DNA from: Verrucomicrobiota bacterium
GTDB taxonomy: Bacteria; Verrucomicrobiota; Verrucomicrobiia; Opitutales; Seribacteraceae
Reading direction: 5' to 3'
Length of the DNA: 32,105 nucleotides
NCBI GenBank assembly: GCA_027622665.1
Contig: JAQBYT010000043.1
Span: forward strand, 1 to 32,105
In this document: one piece after another, positions 26,940 through 32,105 of the stretch
How the letters are laid out: each line of letters starts with the position of its first letter
How positions within the stretch are numbered: position 1 is the first letter of the stretch
Made by a program: the position numbers and the translations under genes
The notes under the pieces: generated by a model
What the model was told of the DNA's origin: nothing
Seen by the model: only the letters and a program-made list of their open reading frames with translations
Databases searched by the model: none

Positions 26940-29900
26940 ATGCGTAGAAAACTTTCGTTTTTCAGGTTGGGATCGGCTCTCCAATTTCTTTGCCTGTTGG
27001 CCATTGGTTTGTCGCACACTGCAATGGCCAAGGTGTCGGCCACGATCATTCTGGCTTCCGTCGAGGGCGAATTGAAGGCCCTTTCGCTCGACGAGGATTT
27101 AGAACTTACCCTCGACGAATCATTCGTCGGCAAGAGCGTGGACGAAAACTTCATCCTCACTACCGGCAAAAACGGCAAGGCCGTCCTCCTCTTCTCCAAC
27201 GGCGTACTGGTCATACTCAAGCCCAACACTCGTCTCTACATACGCACGTTCGTACAAGAATCGTTTTCATCTAAGAATCTACCCCTACCCGGAGAACTGG
27301 AAGAGGAACCAAGTACTTCCCACCTCGAAATCCATTTGGACACTGGCGATTTGGTGGTGAAGGCTCCCAAACTCAAGAGGGGATCTTCCCTTATGCTCAC
27401 CAGCCCTCTCGGTACCGCACAGATTCGAGGCACAATGTTCCAGATCGTCGTTGCTCGCGATCCCGATACCGGCACGGTCTCCGGTGGCGTAAATCTCATC
27501 TCAGGAGACATAGATTTCACCGACGTCTCCGGCAACACCAGCATCTTGGCCTCCGGTCAGGGCTTGGAAGTTTCCACGGGTAAACTGGGAGAATCATCCG
27601 GTGGCGTCTCCGGCGAACTGCGTGATTTGTCCGCCAAGTTCGGTCCTGTCTTGGCCGGTACGGGAACGTTCCCGCCGATAGTGGCTCCTCCCAATACGGT
27701 ATCTCTTCCCCCTGAAGGCGTTGTAGCCCCGGAGGCTCCCGCTCCGACCGTCGGCTATTTGCCCCGAGAAAACGGTTGGGGGAGCATACACGATATCGCC
27801 ACCGCTACCTTCTTCGATATCGAGGAAGCCGAATTCTCGGTAAGCACAGTGACGTTCGATGCAATCGAATCATCCGTATCCGTGGATACGCCCACCCCCA
27901 TGCTTACCGCCCCCGCGGTTCCCGCTGCGATTTCAGGAGGCGACATGGCTCCCCCCGATCCATTCTTCGGCGGCGCGCCCAAGGTCGCCATCAAAGGCGA
28001 GGCAACTCTCATGTGGGAAATGGGCATCCCGTTCGTCGATCCCTTTGTTACCGCCACCGATTTCTCAGGAGCGGACATTGCTCCCTCGACCAAGCTCGTT
28101 AATTCTCCCGACGTTTTGACCCCCGGGACATACAAGCTCATTTACGCCACCAACGATTTCCGCGGCTTCGAAGGCTCGGCCACCCGTACCGTCAAGGTCG
28201 TTGTCACTCCTCCGACCATTACTTTGAAACCAGGAAAGGAGGCGTATCCGAAACTAAATTCGCAGAATCGACCATCTGAAATCGATCTCACCGGCAAAGT
28301 AGTTTACCACAGTGTCAAAAGCCGAAACCCGCTTTTCTCGGATTCCGGAACTTTTCAAGATCCCGGTTTCACCGCAGCTACTGCCTCCACCAGCAATCCC
28401 ATCTTTTCCGGTCAAAACCTCACGAATATGGTTCAATCGGCGGGTCTTTCCGCCGTAACTTTTGGCGATAAAGGGACCTTTTCCGTTACTTACACGGTTA
28501 ACGACCAAATTCATCGAAAGGCAACTCTTCCCGGCGGCATACCTGTTTCCACCACCGTGACCCGTGAGGTACGTATTGCCGATCTCACGCCTCCAAGAGT
28601 TTTTCTCAATGGTTCCCTATCCGTCCAAGTCGAGGCTGCAACTTCATACTCGGATGCCGGAGCTATTGCGCAGGACAACTATGACCCCCAAAGTGATCTG
28701 CTTCCTAAAATTCAAGTTTCCAGCACCGTCGATCTCATGGTAGAGGGCGACCACTCTGTGCACTATTACGTCACCGACGCCGCCGGTAACGTTTCCGACA
28801 CGGTTTCTCGATCAGTGACTGTCGTGGATACAACGCCTCCTGAAATTGCACTCTTCGGTTCCCCGATAATTTTCGTGGATTTCAATTCCACTTACAGGGA
28901 TCTTGGTGCTTACGCCACGGATACCCGAGCCAGGGACATTACGGACAAGATCGTCGTCGATGATCCCGTAGCCGCCATGTTTCCCGACCTCTCCGATCCG
29001 CTAAACCCGATTTATCCAGACCCCGACAATAAAAAAATTGGTACGTACACCGTTACTTATGAGGTTTCCGATGGCGCAAATACTCCCAACATCGTATCTA
29101 TCACCAGGGAGGTCATTGTGCTGGGGAATGATGGTCAAGGCCCGAAAATGAGACTCTATTACCTTCCTAAGGAAGAAAATGGAACGAAATCTTTGATCGT
29201 GAACGTCGGCGACACATACAACGATCCCGGAGCCTATGCATTCAAGGATCTCGGTACTGGTGGCGTGCAGCATTTCAAAGTAACGAGATTGAATGATCCC
29301 GACATGAGCAACTTGGGAGAGTACAACATTCAATTCTTATCTTACGACGATTTCGGAAATAAGATGACTATTTCGCGTACTGTTGAGGTGCAGGATACGA
29401 GCGCTCCCGTGGTATATCCCAACAAGTCCGATGGCCAAACCGATCTAGCTCTTGAAGCCGGCGTGTCCTATCGCGACGACGGTGCCTCCGCCATCGACAA
29501 TTACAAGGGAGACCTCACCGCCGAGATTCAAACCGATTTCTACAGGATTACCGGAGACGCCGCCGTACTTTTCGACATTGCCAATATGCAAACCGTTGGT
29601 TTCATCGATCCGGACCCAGCCACAGGCTATGCCGAATATCGGGTGGTCTACACCGTTTCCGATGGAAGTGAAAACAGTCCCGATGGTGATGCTAACCGCA
29701 CCCTGATGGTCTACGATACCACCGCGCCTGTCGGCGAAATGTTGGCTGTGACCTCTGAGAGTAGCTTTGTATTTGCTTCAGACGGCGACAAAACTTTCAA
29801 GGTCGTTGGCGACAATTCCAAAGTTGTTTTTCCCGAGGATCCGGATTGGGGATCTACGGGATCTAAAGTGGAGGCAAAACTTAAGGCGTCGGAATCTCCT

Positions 29901-32105
29901 GATTATGGTAGAACCGAAGTTGTTGTGCTTGGCTTTCGCTTGTTGAAGGACACTGGTGAATCATTTGATGATCCTGGAGTGAAATTTTCTGACAACGCAA
30001 AAGGGCTTGACGAGGACGCCATTACTGTAGAGCACACCGAACTCGCTCCCGATGCCGGCGTCGACAAACAGTATCGGATTACCTATAAAGCCGTAGACGC
30101 AATCGGCAACTTGAGCACGGTGTATGAAAGAATAATCAAAGTTCTTTCCGGACCAAGGGTAACTCTTCTCGGAGAATCCGAAATCGTTGTGGTTGCCGGG
30201 GGTACCGAACTATCCTCGCCCAAAACCTATTCTGCTGGTTACGTGGATTTGGGTGCCACGGCGAAGGATGCTCTTGGCGTAGATATCACGAATAGTACTT
30301 TCCTGAATTCAAGTGGGGATCCGGGGCATAATGGTCTTGCGATTTCTTACTATTATGATGCTCCGCCCCATGACAGCGCACTTTCTTTAAATGATGTTCC
30401 GGGCAGTTTTGCAGTGGCTCGAGACTCTTTGGGAGACACAGGCAAGATTAATCTCAAGATAACCGGAAAGTACGAAATCTTTTACATGGCTACGGATGAG
30501 AACTACAACAAGTCACCCGTTGATGAGCGAGAATTGCCCGAAATTTCTCGTATCGTCTATTCGATAGCCAATGACGATATCCACCCGAAAATTACCCCTT
30601 TGCGCAAGCTCGCTGACGACGGTTTCGTTCATTTGGAGGTAAACGCAACCGGTACGGGTACCTACGTCGAGCTAGGGGCTACCGCGGAAAAGACGCGCCA
30701 CGATGGTCTTGGGTCGCCTTATCAAGTAAAACAGGTCTGGGACGAGACGAACTCATCTTCCTTGGGAACGGTCGAGGTATCCTATCCCGCCGACTTTAAA
30801 TTCACTTTCGGGAAAGGTAGCGAGACCAAGGTTCGCGATACTCCGTATGAGATCACTTATTCAGTAAAGGACGAGTTCGGTAATGAAGCTGTAAACTCCG
30901 AGAGAATACTGAAGGTTTTGATCGAGGACAAGATTTCACCCACAATCGTAGCGGCACTATATCCGGGCGACGATATTGATCCGACCATCGAGGCCGGCGA
31001 GAATTACGTAGATCCCGGATTCACCGCTTCGGACAACTATGATTCCGACGACGTTTTGACTGCCACGGTCAAGTTTTTTGATAAGGATGGCACCGAAGTG
31101 CCTGGTGGTACGGTTGATCCCTACAATATTGGGCAGGACTTAGATACTAACGATACGGCAATATTTCCTCTCGGTAACCCAATTCCCACTTGGGATCTCG
31201 ATAAATTCAGCTCTTTCACGGTGATCTACACAGTTGCTGATGTTTCCGGAAATACCAAGGAGTACACTCGAAACGTCACCGTAACCGATACCACTGCACC
31301 CACCATTACTCTCAATCCCGTGCCCACTGGTTCATTGGGAAGCGGAGACTTGAGTCCAATTCGAGTTCTCCAAGACCTTTCTGCTGCTAACCCGGCTGGA
31401 GCAGCGAACGATTATATCGAGCACGGCATTACCGTAAGCGACAATTCATGGCAACCGGGGGATTCATTATCTTCTCCTGCATCTGCTTCTCTAAAAACTG
31501 GTTTAAGCGAAGTGACCGTGGCTATAGAGCACAACGTCGACATGCAAAAGCCTGGTCAATACAAGGTCACCTACACGGCTACTGATTCCAGCGGCAACGT
31601 CAGCACTCTGGAGCGTCTCGTGGATGTCTTGGATCGAGAAAAGCCCAATATCCTGGGAGACACCACACTTTCCGAGTCTTCTCCCCCATCTCTTTATGTC
31701 GTCGCCGAGGGTGGCGTTCAATACGACGATGATTCCGGGCAAACCGTGCAATTATGGGATGGAACGAACTTTGTTTTACCGCCACAAGCGCTAAGCCTAT
31801 ACGCCCAAGACGTTCAAGACGGTGCCATCACCGCAAAAATCAAGCGAACTATTTTTTATGATTCGTCCGGAGATGTAACCGAAGAGAGCGAAAACAAGGG
31901 ATTCATTCTAAACAATGACGTTGCTTCTGTTCCAAGCCTCATAAGTACCTCCATTGATCAAAACAATACCCAATACCTCATTAAATACGAGGTTACCGAT
32001 GAAGCTGATAATAATGCCACCTTCCAATACCGCCGGATAATCGTCAAGGACACCATGGCTCCCAGCATTCAGCCATCCAGTTCCGAAACCACGGTGCTCG
32101 TCGAT
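26940..32105 (+). CDS. Giant secreted/surface protein: signal peptide + FecR-like domain + Pro-rich linker + at least 12 DUF5011/HYR-like Ig repeats (3' partial)
   Basis: Read codon by codon from ATG 26940, there is no stop to the window end (1722 codons). MRRKLSF...HTAMA looks like a signal peptide. TGKNGKAVLLFSNG and SPLGTAQIRGTMF are FecR-like. The motif P.I.L...Y.DPGA.A.D...G.Y.VTY.V.D..GN....R.V.V.DTTAP is repeated. Confidence 0.92.
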   Translation, partial: MRRKLSFFRLGSALQFLCLLAIGLSHTAMAKVSATIILASVEGELKALSLDEDLELTLDESFVGKSVDENFILTTGKNGKAVLLFSNGVLVILKPNTRLYIRTFVQESFSSKNLPLPGELEEEPSTSHLEIHLDTGDLVVKAPKLKRGSSLMLTSPLGTAQIRGTMFQIVVARDPDTGTVSGGVNLISGDIDFTDVSGNTSILASGQGLEVSTGKLGESSGGVSGELRDLSAKFGPVLAGTGTFPPIVAPPNTVSLPPEGVVAPEAPAPTVGYLPRENGWGSIHDIATATFFDIEEAEFSVSTVTFDAIESSVSVDTPTPMLTAPAVPAAISGGDMAPPDPFFGGAPKVAIKGEATLMWEMGIPFVDPFVTATDFSGADIAPSTKLVNSPDVLTPGTYKLIYATNDFRGFEGSATRTVKVVVTPPTITLKPGKEAYPKLNSQNRPSEIDLTGKVVYHSVKSRNPLFSDSGTFQDPGFTAATASTSNPIFSGQNLTNMVQSAGLSAVTFGDKGTFSVTYTVNDQIHRKATLPGGIPVSTTVTREVRIADLTPPRVFLNGSLSVQVEAATSYSDAGAIAQDNYDPQSDLLPKIQVSSTVDLMVEGDHSVHYYVTDAAGNVSDTVSRSVTVVDTTPPEIALFGSPIIFVDFNSTYRDLGAYATDTRARDITDKIVVDDPVAAMFPDLSDPLNPIYPDPDNKKIGTYTVTYEVSDGANTPNIVSITREVIVLGNDGQGPKMRLYYLPKEENGTKSLIVNVGDTYNDPGAYAFKDLGTGGVQHFKVTRLNDPDMSNLGEYNIQFLSYDDFGNKMTISRTVEVQDTSAPVVYPNKSDGQTDLALEAGVSYRDDGASAIDNYKGDLTAEIQTDFYRITGDAAVLFDIANMQTVGFIDPDPATGYAEYRVVYTVSDGSENSPDGDANRTLMVYDTTAPVGEMLAVTSESSFVFASDGDKTFKVVGDNSKVVFPEDPDWGSTGSKVEAKLKASESPDYGRTEVVVLGFRLLKDTGESFDDPGVKFSDNAKGLDEDAITVEHTELAPDAGVDKQYRITYKAVDAIGNLSTVYERIIKVLSGPRVTLLGESEIVVVAGGTELSSPKTYSAGYVDLGATAKDALGVDITNSTFLNSSGDPGHNGLAISYYYDAPPHDSALSLNDVPGSFAVARDSLGDTGKINLKITGKYEIFYMATDENYNKSPVDERELPEISRIVYSIANDDIHPKITPLRKLADDGFVHLEVNATGTGTYVELGATAEKTRHDGLGSPYQVKQVWDETNSSSLGTVEVSYPADFKFTFGKGSETKVRDTPYEITYSVKDEFGNEAVNSERILKVLIEDKISPTIVAALYPGDDIDPTIEAGENYVDPGFTASDNYDSDDVLTATVKFFDKDGTEVPGGTVDPYNIGQDLDTNDTAIFPLGNPIPTWDLDKFSSFTVIYTVADVSGNTKEYTRNVTVTDTTAPTITLNPVPTGSLGSGDLSPIRVLQDLSAANPAGAANDYIEHGITVSDNSWQPGDSLSSPASASLKTGLSEVTVAIEHNVDMQKPGQYKVTYTATDSSGNVSTLERLVDVLDREKPNILGDTTLSESSPPSLYVVAEGGVQYDDDSGQTVQLWDGTNFVLPPQALSLYAQDVQDGAITAKIKRTIFYDSSGDVTEESENKGFILNNDVASVPSLISTSIDQNNTQYLIKYEVTDEADNNATFQYRRIIVKDTMAPSIQPSSSETTVLVD
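27978..32105 (+). repeat. Protein-level tandem Ig-like repeats, 12 complete plus the start of a 13th
   Basis: Approximate unit starts 27978, 28206, 28586, 28831, 29140, 29401, 29721, 30150, 30580, 30935, 31296, 31641, 32056. Units are divergent at DNA level and vary in length through loop insertions. Confidence 0.8.

Overview
Bacterial chromosomal window with no rRNA, tRNA, CRISPR or IS element seen. Gene content and style suggest a Verrucomicrobia/Opitutae-like organism, which is my inference. Positions 1-15.6 kb hold a surface-glycan locus. A minus-strand unit runs GbsR/MarR regulator -> RfaH/NusG paralog -> JUMPstart/ops element (GGCGGTAGCTTG, 12040-12029) -> eroded gmd relic -> TPR-like protein -> exosortase with EpsI-like tail -> acyltransferase-3 + SGNH -> SAM methyltransferases, GDP-sugar epimerase and Wzm/Wzt exporter. 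It ends in an AT-rich zone of duplicated, decaying genes (1-1663). A WcaJ-like priming transferase and a WecG/TagA transferase are transcribed divergently. The middle is housekeeping: mtaB, HAD hydrolase, stand-alone 5'-3' exonuclease, hisG, rpsA, a sigma70 factor, trpE, glgC and gcvH. The last 5.2 kb is one stop-free ORF missing from the ORF track (26940 to the end, >1720 aa), made of a signal peptide, a FecR-like domain and at least 12 DUF5011/HYR-like Ig repeats. The strongest novel signal is the enterobacterial-type ops/JUMPstart element beside its own RfaH paralog. It heads an exosortase + ABC-glycan operon in which many genes lack AUG starts, including wzm, which seems to need ATT.
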